This document shows, in pieces, positions 26,701 to 40,049 of a stretch of 64,000 nt of DNA. The notes beneath the pieces were generated by a model. That model ran no database searches, was not told the origin of the DNA, and was given only the letters and a program-made list of their open reading frames with translations. Positions within the stretch are counted from its first letter, which is position 1. Each line of letters begins with the position of its first letter. The stretch covers positions 10,620,057 to 10,684,056 of the forward strand of contig NC_068988.1 in NCBI RefSeq assembly GCF_001194135.2, read 5' to 3'. Source of the stretch: Octopus bimaculoides. Taxonomy: Eukaryota. The position numbers were made by a program, and so were the translations under genes.

Positions 26701-28378
26701 TGATGAGATATGTTCCGGGAGAGATATTGAATATTTAGGATACACTCGAGATATGGTTCAGGTATTTTAATCGGTTAAACATTTCAGAGTCAACTTAAAG
26801 TTCAAAGGCAAATATGCAGTATTGATGTTGATGCTAAGCAGTTAGAGGTCAGTGTTAACTGTACGATATATGGGCGAATGAGCGCTCTCTTTCTCTGTCT
26901 CTCTGTCTCTCACTCTTTTATAGGAAGGACTTCAGAACTACAGGGCCGATGATCTCCTTCGTTTAATAAGACCCAATAATGTGGATTTTAAAGATATTTA
27001 GCTGTTCTAATTATGTTGAAAGGCTACGGGCAAACGCCAATAATGTAATTGCGAATAATTAATTGCCAAATGCTATTGAAATGCATCAACATATGTTTGA
27101 GAAGGGTTTTTCGAGTATCATGAATGAATTGCTATGTCCGTCTAGTTATCACTTAATAATGATTAGAACAAGTGAATTTTATTCTTTACTGATCCTGTCA
27201 CCAACTAATCCTATATTCCATTGAACAAATTCAGTTAGACTGTATTCAATTCTATTCAATTGATATAATGTAAACGCTATGTTGGCAAAAGTTGCGTTCT
27301 TTAGTTACGTATTACAGACACTCGATATCTATGTAGCTCCAGTTATGCCATCCATGCACAAACGATATAAGTATATAATTTTTGCCAGTAGGAAATCAAT
27401 ACCGATAACGACTTTAGTGTATCTACATATCATAAACCAAAATTAGTATAAGATTGTTTGGTCAAGATCCTTAGATAAACACAGCTGAAATTGAAATTTA
27501 TCGAAACGAGAAGAAATGAAATAGGTATTTTAGATCTGGCAAGAGATGAATAATTGAATATTACATTAGATATTTACATTTCAAGAAGTGAACGCCGATT
27601 TTATTTTATCTCAACTTACACCACAGAAGTGTTGTGTAACCAAATGTGGTATTTGTATAATAACGTTATGCAAATAATATTAGTTTAGCAAACAACGAAT
27701 CGTCAAAAATAATGTATTAAATTAAATCAAAATCACATCTTGTCATATTACATTAACCAGGTGCAACTAAATATAAGAAATAGACTTTACTTCAAACGAA
27801 GCTTACGTAATTTTTGGTTTAATAATTCTAACATTCAAAGAGAGAGAAAAAACTTTAAATAATACCTGACGTATATTTTAATTTAATTTTCAATATTTGA
27901 AACACAGGAACCCGATTTGCAATATAAAAATTCTTCAGCTTTATCATCAAGCTATTTACTATATGGTAATACGCATCTAAAGAATTTAGTACTTCATTTT
28001 CTTAGGAATAAGTAATTAAAATAGTTTGAAAATTCTGAACTAGCGTTTCAATGCAATGTTTAGGTAACACACATACAGCAACGTTAATACGCACACACAT
28101 ATACAAATTGTTCTCTATTCATAATAACATATGTTTGTATAAATATAAATATTTACGTATATATATGGGTGTATATATGTGTATATATATATGTATATAT
28201 ATATATGAGCACACACATACATACGTATGTACGTACGTATGTATGTATGTCTGTGTATATGTACTCATACTCACACGTACACACACACANNNNNNNNNNN
28301 NNNNNNNNNNNNNNNNNNNNNNNNNNNNNNNNNNNNNNNNNNNNNNNNNNNNNNNNNNNNNNTATATATATATATATT

Positions 28379-28409
<31 letters not shown>

Positions 28410-30329
28410 GAGCACACACATACATACGTATGTACGTACGTATGTATGTATGTCTGTGTATATGTACTCATACTCACACGTACACACACACATACACATG
28501 TATATGCAGATTTATATACTTGAAGTAGTGAAAGAGAGAAAGCGAAATTACAGCACCCTTTGAATGCTGGTGTGTTCCATAAAATACAGCATTTTTATCT
28601 AGGAAGCTACTTTAATTATCAGGTATACTTTAATTATCAGAATTTTGGATCGATAAAAGCATAATTTTACCATCTGTTTAGAAAGCTCGACAGTATAACT
28701 GTGGTAACCCTTACGTTTGAATTCATGTTAAGTTTATATTCTGCTTTCTCACAATGAAAACTGCGCCATTTCTGGAATTATTTCAGTGACAGATATTTGT
28801 AGTAGTCTTATATCAAACTTGAAGTAAATTTAGGTAATAAATATCAGAGTTCATAACTGTATTCTGAACATGTATGCTTCCGTAGATATATATATATTNN
28901 NNNNNNNNNNNNNNNNNNNNNNNNNNNNNNNNNNNNNNNNNNNNNNNNNNNNNNNNNNNNNNNNNNNNNNNNNNNNNNACATATATATATATATATACAT
29001 ATATATGTATGTATTTGTGTGTCGCTGTGTGTGTTTGCGTATGTGTGTGTTGTTTTATAAATTGATGTAGCAGACGATGTGTGATACAAATTTTATGATT
29101 CCCCTTCATAAAAATAAATAAAAACATATAACTGAAGAAACGGAAGACGAGTTTGAACAGGTTTGTATCGAAAACTTTTCTGAGCTTTCGTCTCATCAAG
29201 AAAATGATATGTAAGCGATACTGCTTGGATGTTAAGAGTAATTACAAATTTAGATGAGAGATCCATAACCAAATATTCCACACAACTACAAGAAACTATT
29301 TACGACGATGGTAATATTCATGAATTAATTACAAATATTGGGGCAAAGTAATTAATTCAAAATTCATCCTTAATTGCTGCCGATGTTGATCTGTTTATGA
29401 ATTAACTGAAATATTCTTGAAATTTCCAGCAAGTATTCCCAAATCGTCCAATGGATGTCCGATAGAAATGCTTGATTTGACTTGCAAAAATATTTATTCG
29501 AAAAAAAAAAATGCAAAAAAATGAACTTTTTTTTATCAGAATGATAATTTTGAATCTGTAAATTTCTGTTCCACTCAAAATTAATAGTCACCAAAACTCA
29601 TTGTCACCCATATTCGACAAACATGGAAAATGAATATATTGTTTCGTATATTAAAAAAGATATTTGACATATAAGCAACGCAGTAAAGTAGTAGTGTTGT
29701 ATAACGTATTCTAACTATTATCAAAATGGTATCTCCTGAGAATATGAAAAAAATCTGTGTAAAAACATTTATCGATTTTCAGCAAATTTTAGAATGAGCA
29801 AACTAGCTACAATTGAAAGTATTTTATGACTTGCAATGTTATTAATAAACACTGGTAGTATAACATAGTTGCATTGTACGCGTGATGTGAACTTAAATGC
29901 TAGTGGCATTGCAAATTTAGAGCAACTTCGTTCATATGTTGACAATGATGGCGTAAGACAGTACAGATTATGTGGATTTGCACACGAATAAAATCTCAAA
30001 TATAAAAGTCGATGTTATTTTTAGTAGTTTGAAAACATAAATCAAATATTCATGAATTGATACAGAATCTGGAAAGAATAATCGAACTCAGACGATAAGT
30101 ATAGATAATGCACTCTGCTGATATAAAATCATACAAATGCTGAGGTAATAACAATGGTACTAAATGTTTGTTTTACAATATTAATACTAAAAGAAATGGT
30201 TTGAACTCACACATACATAAAAACAGCACACATTAAACTGACACAAAAATTCTCACAATGAGACATATAAACGAGAAGAAGTCAAAAATTATCCACATTT
30301 GCACCATGATATATCTTTATTATTTTCAG

Positions 30330-30690
30330 ACTGCATTCTGCGCATGCGAGCTTATAGTTGGTACTATTGTGTTCTAGCGATCGACGTTTGAGCCAGATCG
30401 TGACTGGTTTAACAGTGTAAGCATGGTCGCTCCACTAGCAATGTGCACCAAAGAAGAACAAAGAGCAGGGATCCGAATTCTCTGGAAAAAGTGTGTACGA
30501 TTAACTCTGCAAGATACAGAGCTTTGCTGGCCAACAAACTGAAGGAAGCAATTCGCACCAAACACCGAAGCCTATTGTCCAAGAAGGTTTTTTTTTGTTG
30601 TATGACAATGCACGCGAACACACGAGCGCCCAGACCGTTATAACCATGAGCCGATTACGTTGGAGGTGCTGGAACACCCTGCCTACAATA
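30330..30690 (+). mobile_element. Internally deleted mariner transposon remnant
   Basis: ATG at 30423 gives MVAPLAMCTKEEQRAGIRILW (mariner N-terminus). This is fused directly to TINSARYRALLANKLKEAIRTKHRSLLSKKV, then after frameshifts LLYDNAREHTSAQTV and EVLEHPAY (start of HPPYSPDL). Confidence 0.85.
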
Positions 30691-31403
30691 TATATTACAA
30701 GTTGTTTGATAGTTGCTACACAATTTTAGACAAGATAACTGTTTAGTTTTCGCCATAAATATGACGTTATGTGACTGTCTTTTATGCTCGGTGAAGTTAT
30801 TGAAAATCCTGTTTATATTTAAAATATTCTTGATCCCTCAAACAGACGTCTGCGTGCCTAGTGATTAAAGGGCGTGTATCAGTTTTAACCTGTAAGCATT
30901 TACTTACAAAAAAGAAAAAAATGAAAAAAGAAAGAAAAATACAGTTTTACATTTTTCTGCGCCATATCCGAGATTTAAAATTACTGTACACAATCCATAT
31001 ACGAATTTATTTATTATCATATATTATCTCCCTTTTGATTTATTTTGTTTAGCTTTCTTCTTCTTTTTTTCTTTCGCTAGGTTTGTATTTTCTCATTTGC
31101 AAAGGAAAAGAAAACAATCATTCTTTTAAAAAAATCTTTTCGTTTTTAATTCAGTTTTATATTCACAATGCCTACGTGCAGTAGAAGTAATATTTTCTGA
31201 CATAAAACAATCATAAGTGTCAAAATAAAAACAAACCGATATAATACAAACATTTATTTCTCTGCAAAAGTAGGTTACTTTTCCTAAAGATCAATATATT
31301 TATATTCGCACAAATGCAGCTGTTCAACTTTATTTAACACATCATGCTGGAAATTAAATTTCATTGCAAAATATTTTGAGATGAATGTTTTTCATGCCAA
31401 CAT

Positions 31404-31480
31404 TACTGTTGCTACCACTACTGGTGGTCGTCGTGCTGCTGCTGCTACTAGTGGTCGTGGTGGCGGTGCTGCTGCTGCTG

Positions 31481-31554
<74 letters not shown>

Positions 31555-31555
31555 T
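31404..31555. repeat. Compound trinucleotide microsatellite (GCT/GGT/ACT/GCT)
   Basis: Direct reading; explains the poly-S and poly-T ORFs in the track. Confidence 0.95.
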
Positions 31556-32119
31556 CTATAGTTGCGACTAATTATTCTGAAATTATTACTATTCAGAATG
31601 GTGGCATTGACGATTCTCGACACGAGTGCAACATTCAGAGTTGAGCAGAAGTGATTAGTGTCTAATTGGTATCAAGGTTGGGCCTAAGTGATTGGTATCA
31701 CGTCACTGATACATTTTTACATTAAGATATAATGGTTGGAAAGGAAGCATTATTTCGGTGGGTTTTTACCTCGGAATGTAAAGCTCTGGAATATATATCG
31801 CATGGGATTATTTCCACACTCCCCACCGATTCGACTAGCTTCTAAGCCAATATTTATGAGAAGAAAAAAATAGTCACTATTGGAGGAGCCACCATCAGTA
31901 AGGTCCTGAACTCGATGGTATCGACTTCTGATGACACTGCTTAAGATGGGCAGGATTTGAAATATTAACATAGGGTATTATGATATACGGCGTAACCAGG
32001 GCTATTTACCGTTAATCTGGATGAAGCCTAATACGTAATACGGAATCTTTGATACCGGAAAAGTTAGAGACTCTGTACAGATACATACATACATACATGC
32101 ATACATATGCAAGGTTAGA

Positions 32120-32790
32120 TGTGATTGATCTGAATATATAAGTTATACGTCGAGAACTCCGCATACCGGAAGCCAACGAGTGTATGGGTTCATCAGTAGA
32201 GGATGCGCATCGTTTCGGGGCCTATCTCCCGACGGCATGAATGCGTGCCAGCCCCGCTCACTGATATGAGGCCCCGCTTGCTAGACTGGTAATTACATAT
32301 AGCTCAAAATTTCTTTTGCCATCGCTCGTCGTCTCTTTTTAACCAATTTCAGTGGCTAGCCTTCTGCACTGTAGTTTGGATATCGGTCAAGGTGGTATTT
32401 ACCTTACGATGAGTTAGGCTTAACGATATCAGCAGTCGTCTGACACTGTGTTCAACTAACCCTCCACATCCGACGTCGATTAGAAAATGCTATACTTTCC
32501 ATCGTGCGTCTTCACATTACACGAGGAGGTTTACATAACGGTCGATCTTTCGAACCCTAGCGGCGTCCATGTTATTTTCACGAGGAACCGTTAACTCGAC
32601 TAGATTTACAACTTCCGTTTCTTCACTCCACATTAAAATGTCCGTTTTTTTTCGTAACTGGGATGGAAAAGAGTTCCTGGTACCCTGGTAAATCAGCAGT
32701 CACCTACTAATAGCCTTTCCACTTTTCATCTCTCACAGGATGTTTCTTGTCTTCTTCTTGAAACGGATCCGCTGACCTCAGCGCACGAAA
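32120..32790 (-). mobile_element. HERO-clade RLE non-LTR retrotransposon, 3' fragment (endonuclease domain and 3' UTR)
   Basis: Minus strand: TADLPGYQELFSIPVTKKTDILMWSEETEVVNLVELTVPRENNMDAARVRKIDRYVNLL...CEDARWKV*HFLIDVGCGGLVEHSVRRLLISL...QKASH*NWLKRDDERWQ. This matches HERO RPDIxLWS...ELTVPWEE...ERK..KY...PVEVGCRGF...ASxWLWLKR. Confidence 0.8.
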
Positions 32791-33899
32791 GTAATGAAAT
32801 CTCTAGTTGGTATTTTCAACGGTTTTTAATCGCTGTGGTTGAAATCAATTTGGTTCTTTATAGCATTGAAGATAACCTTAAAGATCAGGTTATGTCTCCA
32901 TGTAATACTTGTTCCCACTGATGAAAATATATCAATGCTAATATATGTTTGCGACCGAATTTTATGTCAAGAATAAGGCGAGGTTGTATGATAATTTTAT
33001 ACTAGAAGCAAAGAATTACATACCCACAGGTAGACTACGAGATGTTTCCAATTAAATACTAGCGCTCAGTTCCTTCGATCATAAACGAAACGGCTTTTCA
33101 ACGACATGCATCTTTTGTATAGTTCATACGCTATAACATATTTACATGTTTCAGGTGTAATACATTTGCACGAGAGGAAAATAAATGAATCTCGAATGGG
33201 TTGTAACAGGGAAAAGTGCGAATCAAATGATTAGAGGAGGCGGTACATCTTCGAACGCTAACTTCATATTCGGCTTTAGTTACCGACTCCATCTCATCGG
33301 GTACCACTCACTCGACTACTGTAGACAATCTCTATGAAATAATCTGTCTAGATGAGCCAATTGTAGTAATTCAATTACGCCTTATTGATACAGTAATTAC
33401 AACATGAATAAAGGAAAATAAGTTATTAAAAAAAATTATGGGGATGATTATATAAACGGTATGATTAATTTCTTTTGGGATAGATACAAAATAGAGTATC
33501 AATACCCTAAAAATGGTATATTTTAAACCAGATGTTGTGAAATGATATCCTAATATTTCCAGCAAGTATCATCCACATGAAAAACTAAGTAAAAGTTAAA
33601 TGGCAAATGGAAATTATTAACATTCTCTTCATTTATTTTGTTTACGTACACAAAATTTCCGGGAAATTGATCATGCAGAGGCGTAGTTTAATTTAAAATA
33701 CCACACATAAAAGACAGAATAAATAAGAAAATGTTAGGATGAGAAATTGACATCAATATAAAAAAGTGAAACGAATGCTAAAAATAGAATAAACTACAAC
33801 ATCAAAATAATAAATTGAAAATTGAATGAATTGAAGAGCAGAGGTGTAACAAAAAGAAAAACAGTAAGTTATTTACAACATTCCGAAGCTACCACACCA

Positions 33900-35000
33900 A
33901 AGGCAATGCACAAGAGTGTACCGTCGCCACACTCCGGATAGTTTCAAAATAGGAATATACAATGCTAGGCGGACTAAAAGGAATAGATTAAAGGAAAGAA
34001 ATGTAAAGAATTTAGTGTGATAATGAAAAACAAAATTACGAAAGAAATGGTTTCTATATTTTTAGAAAACGTTTAAGTAGATACACAAAATTAATTTCCT
34101 TACGGAAAATATTATATATGTCAAAAGTAAAATAAAATATTAATAAAACGATCGGCGAAAGTTAGGTGAATTTCCAAAATATACTGAAAATAAAAAAAGG
34201 GAAATAAATATTTTAATTTCAGTCAATATTTGCAAGAGTCATGAAATAAGAAAATGTGCCATATTAGAAGTCAAAAATGGCTTCAATAATACCAATAAAA
34301 GCCGAAGCACAAGCGTAATCAGGTAACATAACGTCACCGCAGTCAGGACCTCTTCCTGAAATTAATGTAGTATGCTAGGACTAGCAACTTAATTAGATGG
34401 AAATAAGTAGAAACGGTTACGAGCAAAAAGGTAAAATAAAAGCGAAATATATTACGGAACGTGTTAGTAGATATTGAAAAGTAATTTCACGAAAGAAATA
34501 GAGAATTATATTTGAGGAAAACAACAAAAAATATTAGTAAATAAATGATAAATTCTGTATTTAATTCCCAAATCTTCTGGAGTTAAAATAGGAAGTAAGA
34601 AATTACTATTATTCCATAAGTTGCTGGAATTACCAAATAACGAAATATGGCAGCCCGAATGTCAAAAGTGACTCATAGGGAGCCGACATTCATAAAGCAC
34701 AGGGGCAATGAAATAACACACTTTTCATTCACGGCATATCTGGAACAACGTAACAAGGAAAATAATTAGAAACAAGCAGCTGGAACAGCAAGGGAATAGA
34801 AGAGAAAAAGAAAAGGCCAGATTTTATTAGATAATTTAATTTCACTGAAGAATAAATTCAGATCTAACAAAAAGAATAAGTTATTAATAAACGAAATGAA
34901 AAAGTTTAGACAGAATTCCGAAATATGCTGAAAATTAAATGGAAAAATATTGCCATTCTGAATTCGTAGCACAAGTCGGCAGAATATGCTAGAGTGAAAC
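33900..35000 (+). mobile_element. Possible heavily decayed LINE ORF1 (I/Nimb-like nucleic-acid-binding protein)
   Basis: Strong A-rich strand skew over about 2 kb. Fragmentary motifs near 34560-34660 (FNS...VKIG...YSISCWNYQ..KYG) resemble LxF...LP..IKxG...PxRCxNCQxYGH. Many stops and frameshifts. Confidence 0.3.
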
Positions 35001-35749
35001 AAAAAACTGATACAAATAGAATTAGTAGTAACCGAAAACTAGATGCTATGAGATGTTACAAAAACGCACCAAACTTCATGTTCTTATACAGTGAACCAGA
35101 AAATCGAAAATAACTTTGATAAATACTGATTGCGTCCTTCACCTGAAGCAGGCAATCAAATCGATAGCATTATCGGTACCTACTTGAAACAGAACACAAA
35201 TAAGGGATATGTTCATTGTTTTCCTCAACGAGTTGGTAATGTTTCGATCCCCCTGAAATAATGGAATAATTCTTGTACATGGCTCAATGTACCAAGGGAC
35301 AAAGCTACCTACAGCATAATTATCAGGCAGAAACTAATGAATTTGATACATTCTATAACAAGTTTTGATAATTACATTAACGATAAAATATTTTCATTAG
35401 GCCTAGAGAGTGTAGATATTCAATTTCACTAATGATTGGTACGTAAGAATCAAGGTAAGGCAGACAACAATAACTACATAAAACACCTTGCTGCTAGATG
35501 CAAAATGGAACCTTTACAGAAATCAAAATGCAATAGAAACAATAGTCGACACAAAACTATGAAACACTAAAATTTCACCACAGAATAGTATAAAAAAAAA
35601 GTTCATTTGTGTATAAAAATAGTTACACAACAATATATGATACACAATATTCTACTTATATTCTTCCGTCTCTGTTTACGTTCTCTCAGCTGATGAGTTC
35701 GAAGGAAACTGAAAGAAGACCCGTGGTATATATAAATATATATATATGT

Positions 35750-35824
35750 ACGGTGGTGGTGGTAGCGGCGGCGGTGATGGTGGTGGTGGTGGCGGTGGTG
35801 GTGGTGGTCGTGCTGGTGGTGGTG

Positions 35825-35872
<48 letters not shown>
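35750..35872. repeat. (GGT)n to (GTA)n compound microsatellite
   Basis: Direct reading. Confidence 0.95.
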
Positions 35873-35875
35873 CTA

Positions 35876-36432
35876 TTGAGTGAGAGAGCAGTGCATGCAC
35901 TCAAACTGACAATTGAGTAAAATATACGTTTTCCAGTATACCCATCGTAACTACCCGTCTGATAAGAGTACACCAGGCACGTGCATCACAACCATATGTG
36001 CGCGACATGGTGATCGCATATCAAGATAAACAGCGCATGGCCTCGCAGGTGGAGCCCAGTCAGAATGTTCTTCGGCTCGAATAGCCTATCCCGCTCAAAA
36101 GGTACCTGAATAAGGCTTATTTAAGGATGTTGAGCAAAACATCCATGTTTCCAAAGGTGAATTATTCAACCCCCCACCCAATTCCTCTCAACACATGGCT
36201 AGGATGCTCCCCCACTACTTCTGTTCATGATCAGAGATTCACATATCGTCAGCCACCAAGGGACATGCTCAACTGGTTAAGATCAAACCACTGACAAGCA
36301 AATCTATGGTATTTAGCAGAATATTTGCTATAGTCCATCTTTTATACCAAGACAAAACAATGTACATGATAGCACTTCCAATTAATTAAGATCAGAAGTC
36401 ATGAGAGCCACTGCCTGGCACAACATCCGGAC

Positions 36433-36436
<4 letters not shown>
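35876..36436 (-). mobile_element. About 560-bp non-coding interspersed element bounded by trinucleotide microsatellites (putative non-autonomous retroelement)
   Basis: Complex, more GC-rich block with no long ORF, sitting exactly between (GTA)n and (ATT)n. It resembles an abundant octopus repeat from memory (unverified). The strand is inferred from the microsatellite tail. Confidence 0.5.

Positions 36437-36498
<62 letters not shown>
36437..36498. repeat. (ATT)n microsatellite
   Basis: Near-perfect run. Confidence 0.97.
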
Positions 36499-36499
<1 letters not shown>

Positions 36500-37158
36500 A
36501 TTAATATATGAAACTCATTGCTGGGTACGATGTTAGCGGTCTACAGCAAGGAGCCTAAGGTGACACTTCTTTACTGGTTATGCTTCAAGCACCCTGCGAA
36601 TATTTCTTGCAATTCCAATGATGATTTTTGAAGGTGTTCTACATTCACACTTGCATCGATTATTATTATTGATGATAACGATGGAGAAGTGCAACGGCTT
36701 ACAGAGCTGTTGCAGCAAGAATAACATTCTAAGATTTCGGTTTTACATTGAACTTCTATGTATGACGGTATTTATTTTTTAGAATGTGGTACTTCTTTAA
36801 TTTCCTGGAAAATGCAATTTCTGCAATAACAAAAACATATTTTACTTTCTTTTAAGAAATGTTTCAATTAGATTTCGACTGAAACCAATGTCATGTTGTC
36901 ATTACTTGACCTACATATATAAACCATTTGCAAATACGCATGTAAGCTCTTCTGTTATTTCTTTTGATTTTTTTTTTCCTTTTCATATATTTTTGCAATT
37001 TTCATAAAAATTCTTAAAGGATTATTTTGTCAAGTACGTTTACTTCCATATCCAAAACTACCCTATATTTATACATGCATACACACAAACGCACGCGCGC
37101 GCGTGAGTGTGTGTGTGTATGCATGCGTATAATTGGCATACACACATATCTATAGGAA

Positions 37159-37265
<107 letters not shown>

Positions 37266-37409
37266 AGAGAGAGAGAGAGAGGACTTATCTAATTTTCATT
37301 TTCCCAAATTTTAATTTTAAAACTAACGTGCCTTCGAGAACAACTTAAGTCGAAATGCCTTAAGCCAAGGTATTCCTGTATATATAACTTAGATAACTTA
37401 GATTGATTT

Positions 37410-37799
37410 TGGCCATTATCGGCCGAGGCCATGGCTAACTGAACAGCACCACCTGGAAAAAGTCATTTAGTTAATTATTTCGGCACACCATGGACCACTC
37501 AAGCAGAGAGCTGTTGTTAGTTGAGACGCATCCAGGTGTAGGTGGTTTATCCAGTATTTACTGGAGGAATTTCTCCAGGTACCGTTTGAAAGTTGTGGAA
37601 TTTTCCATTTTCATTTTTTTTGGATAACATTGAAAAGTGCAAGATCATTTGTAGTGAAGAAATCGTGTCGCAATGTTCTTATGTGATGTAATCTCGACCT
37701 TTGTAGGGGACGCATTGCACGGGGACCTAGTCTTAGGTGAATTGTAAACACAATACCGATATCATTTGGATAATATTGGTGGACTATTTCCACGTGGTG

Positions 37800-37801
<2 letters not shown>
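37410..37801 (-). mobile_element. APE-type LINE 3' end (CR1/L2-like group, clade not assigned)
   Basis: Minus strand: PNDIGIVFTIHLRLGPRAMRP...IRTLRHDFFTTNDLALFNVIQK, then after a frameshift STTFKRYLEKFLQ*ILDKPPTPGCVSTNNSSLLEW. This resembles the invertebrate LINE C-terminus GPxLFNxLP...FKxxLDKFL..IPDxP..PGY...NSL. The 5' truncation abuts (TA)n. Confidence 0.65.
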
Positions 37802-37854
<53 letters not shown>

Positions 37855-39913
37855 AACAGAACCAGAAATGCGTACATCTAAATATTTAGAATTTGTAATC
37901 TTTTTAATAGCTACTATAGTTACTGTTAACATATTTATTTTACTGCATCCATGTAAACTAATTCACTAAGTCAGTGCATAATCATATATTTACTTATAAG
38001 TACCTCCAAACATAAGCTCACAATTGAACTGTTGCCTGTTATATCCAACAACCCTAGTAAACGTGACTATGTTTCTACCATTACTGAGTCACTATTATTA
38101 TTCTGGTTACGAATTTTAAACTATGAATTGCACGCCACTTAAATGTCTCATGCCATGCTTTTTCATACATCTTATACTCAACTAATTTACGCTAGGCATC
38201 GTGTAACACTCTAAGCTTTCATTCAGCTGTTTTCCACATCAAATTCAGTCTTCGCATAAGTCAGCTTTAATGACGTCATCACCTGTTGCATCGGTGTTTT
38301 ATATAACTGATAACATTGTTTCATAATGTTGCTTTGCGCTCCTCAGTTAACATTTTCTTGGTCTAGTATTTGTGAGAGGGTTTGACAGAATCTCATTCTT
38401 GAAATCCCTGTGTTTCATTTTGTCTCTAATTAATATTCTGCAGCATGCATGAGTGCGGATTTGTTATATCTGTTGTCGAATACATTTTCATACGTAAACT
38501 CAATCGCTTGAATTTTCGCATAAACTGAAGTGTTGTTAATACGCAACAAGCATTGATATCTTTTATACAGATATCTAAATAATCCCTAGTGCTTTCGTTT
38601 ATAATGCTTATTACTTACAACAATCCATAAACAAGTCTCATGGTGGTGATAAATGAGACGTTTTGGCATGGAAGTTTATATGCTATTGCTTTTCGGGGCT
38701 TAGGGATATTACTTAAAATTTTCATATATTCCTATTAAAACCTCTCTGATTTAGTATGTTATATCTATGTCCTTTCTTATTAGCATTTACTAAAACATGT
38801 TACAATCGTAATAATATCATGCTTTTATTCAGACCTAGCTTTAAAACAAAAATGAGTCGTATTATTACATTCTTATCTGAATTAATTTTCCAGTGCATTA
38901 TCTATTTGCATTTCACTAACTCTAGAAATATGTCATTTGTATATCTCATTATGCATTTTACTATTCTGTGATCTCGAAAGGTTGTTCATGACATCTTTTT
39001 GCGAATATACCGATATATTGCATTGAATAACGTGTTAAAAACTGTTAACGATTTCGATATGTATCGTAATATAATATGAAAAAATAAAACTGTTTTTTTC
39101 CCCTTTGTAGCATACACGCATACAGAATGTTCTGAGTACATGATTTCAACGAAGTGAACACTGATCTAGTTGCTAGGTGCAATATTTTTTAATCTAAATA
39201 TATAATAGTAATATATTATTCCTTTGATTTTAAAACATTTTTCTATATAAATGCCTAGCGTATATTGAATGTAGCATGATTAATTTACTAAAAAATGAAA
39301 GCGTTTTCATATGAAAGTAGTGAATGTACACGAATTTGTTTCTCTTGCTTCTAACTTATTATTAACATAAAAGTCAAATAATATAGTTGTTCTATTCATT
39401 GAGTGCACTACAATTGCGAGGTTATTTCGGCTGTATTGCCTCAGAAATATAAATGAATGACCTTAATATATCAGAATATTCTAGTACATTATAAAAATTG
39501 CTGATAATATCTTCTTTTTCGACGTTTATGATACTAAATAGACACGTTTTGTAAATATGGTTTTATAGTCCGAGTGAAAAGTAGCAGTGTATTAGTTTCT
39601 GTTACTTGTAGAATACCAAATGTTATTCACATATATCGCCAATCGATATCGTCATGGGAATAGGGCCTCACGATATAGGTGGACATGTAATATAACGTGT
39701 GTTTGCAGTTTGAAATTTTAGATTGATCATCACAAATAAGAAATATTTCAACCGTAGTCATCTTCTTTTTAAATGATTTCTACGATAAAATTGTGCAATA
39801 TTTGCCTCCCCTGTTCGAAAGGCATGGCCTGCACGAAATCATTGCTTTGTATTTAGCTCGATATAAGAGCAGATACAATTCCTCCTGCTAGAAAATATGT
39901 AATGTTGTATAAC

Positions 39914-40037
39914 GCGGTGTGCTGGCAGTGTCGTTACCGCTTAGTGGTATTTCGTCCGTCTTTACGTTCTGAGTTCAAATTCTGCCGAGGTCAACTTTGC
40001 CGTTCATTCTTTCAGGGTCGAAAAAATAAGTATTAGC
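39914..40037 (+). mobile_element. tRNA-derived SINE (family B), 3'-truncated
   Basis: 'gctggcagtgtcgttaccgcttagtggtatttcgtccgtctttacgttctgagttcaaattctgccgaggtcaactttgccgttcattctttcagggtcga'. Confidence 0.8.
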
Positions 40038-40049
40038 TCTGATGCCTTA

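Noticed and set aside
28187-28495. About 100-bp direct repeat on either side of the 28290-28362 gap
   Set aside because: Identical sequence flanking an N-gap is most simply an unmerged contig overlap (assembly artefact).
29850-29955. Protein-like frame RDVNLNASGIANLEQLRSYVDNDG followed by gtaaga
   Set aside because: No recognisable homology and a weak acceptor.
31665-31710. Twin 'attggtatca' (CCAAT-like) boxes plus 'tcacgtca'
   Set aside because: Short motifs with no associated gene or TSS evidence.
35689-35720. CTGATGAgttcgaagGAAAC
   Set aside because: The GAAAC belongs to a family A SINE tail fragment (ggaaactgaaagaag) and the stems do not form.
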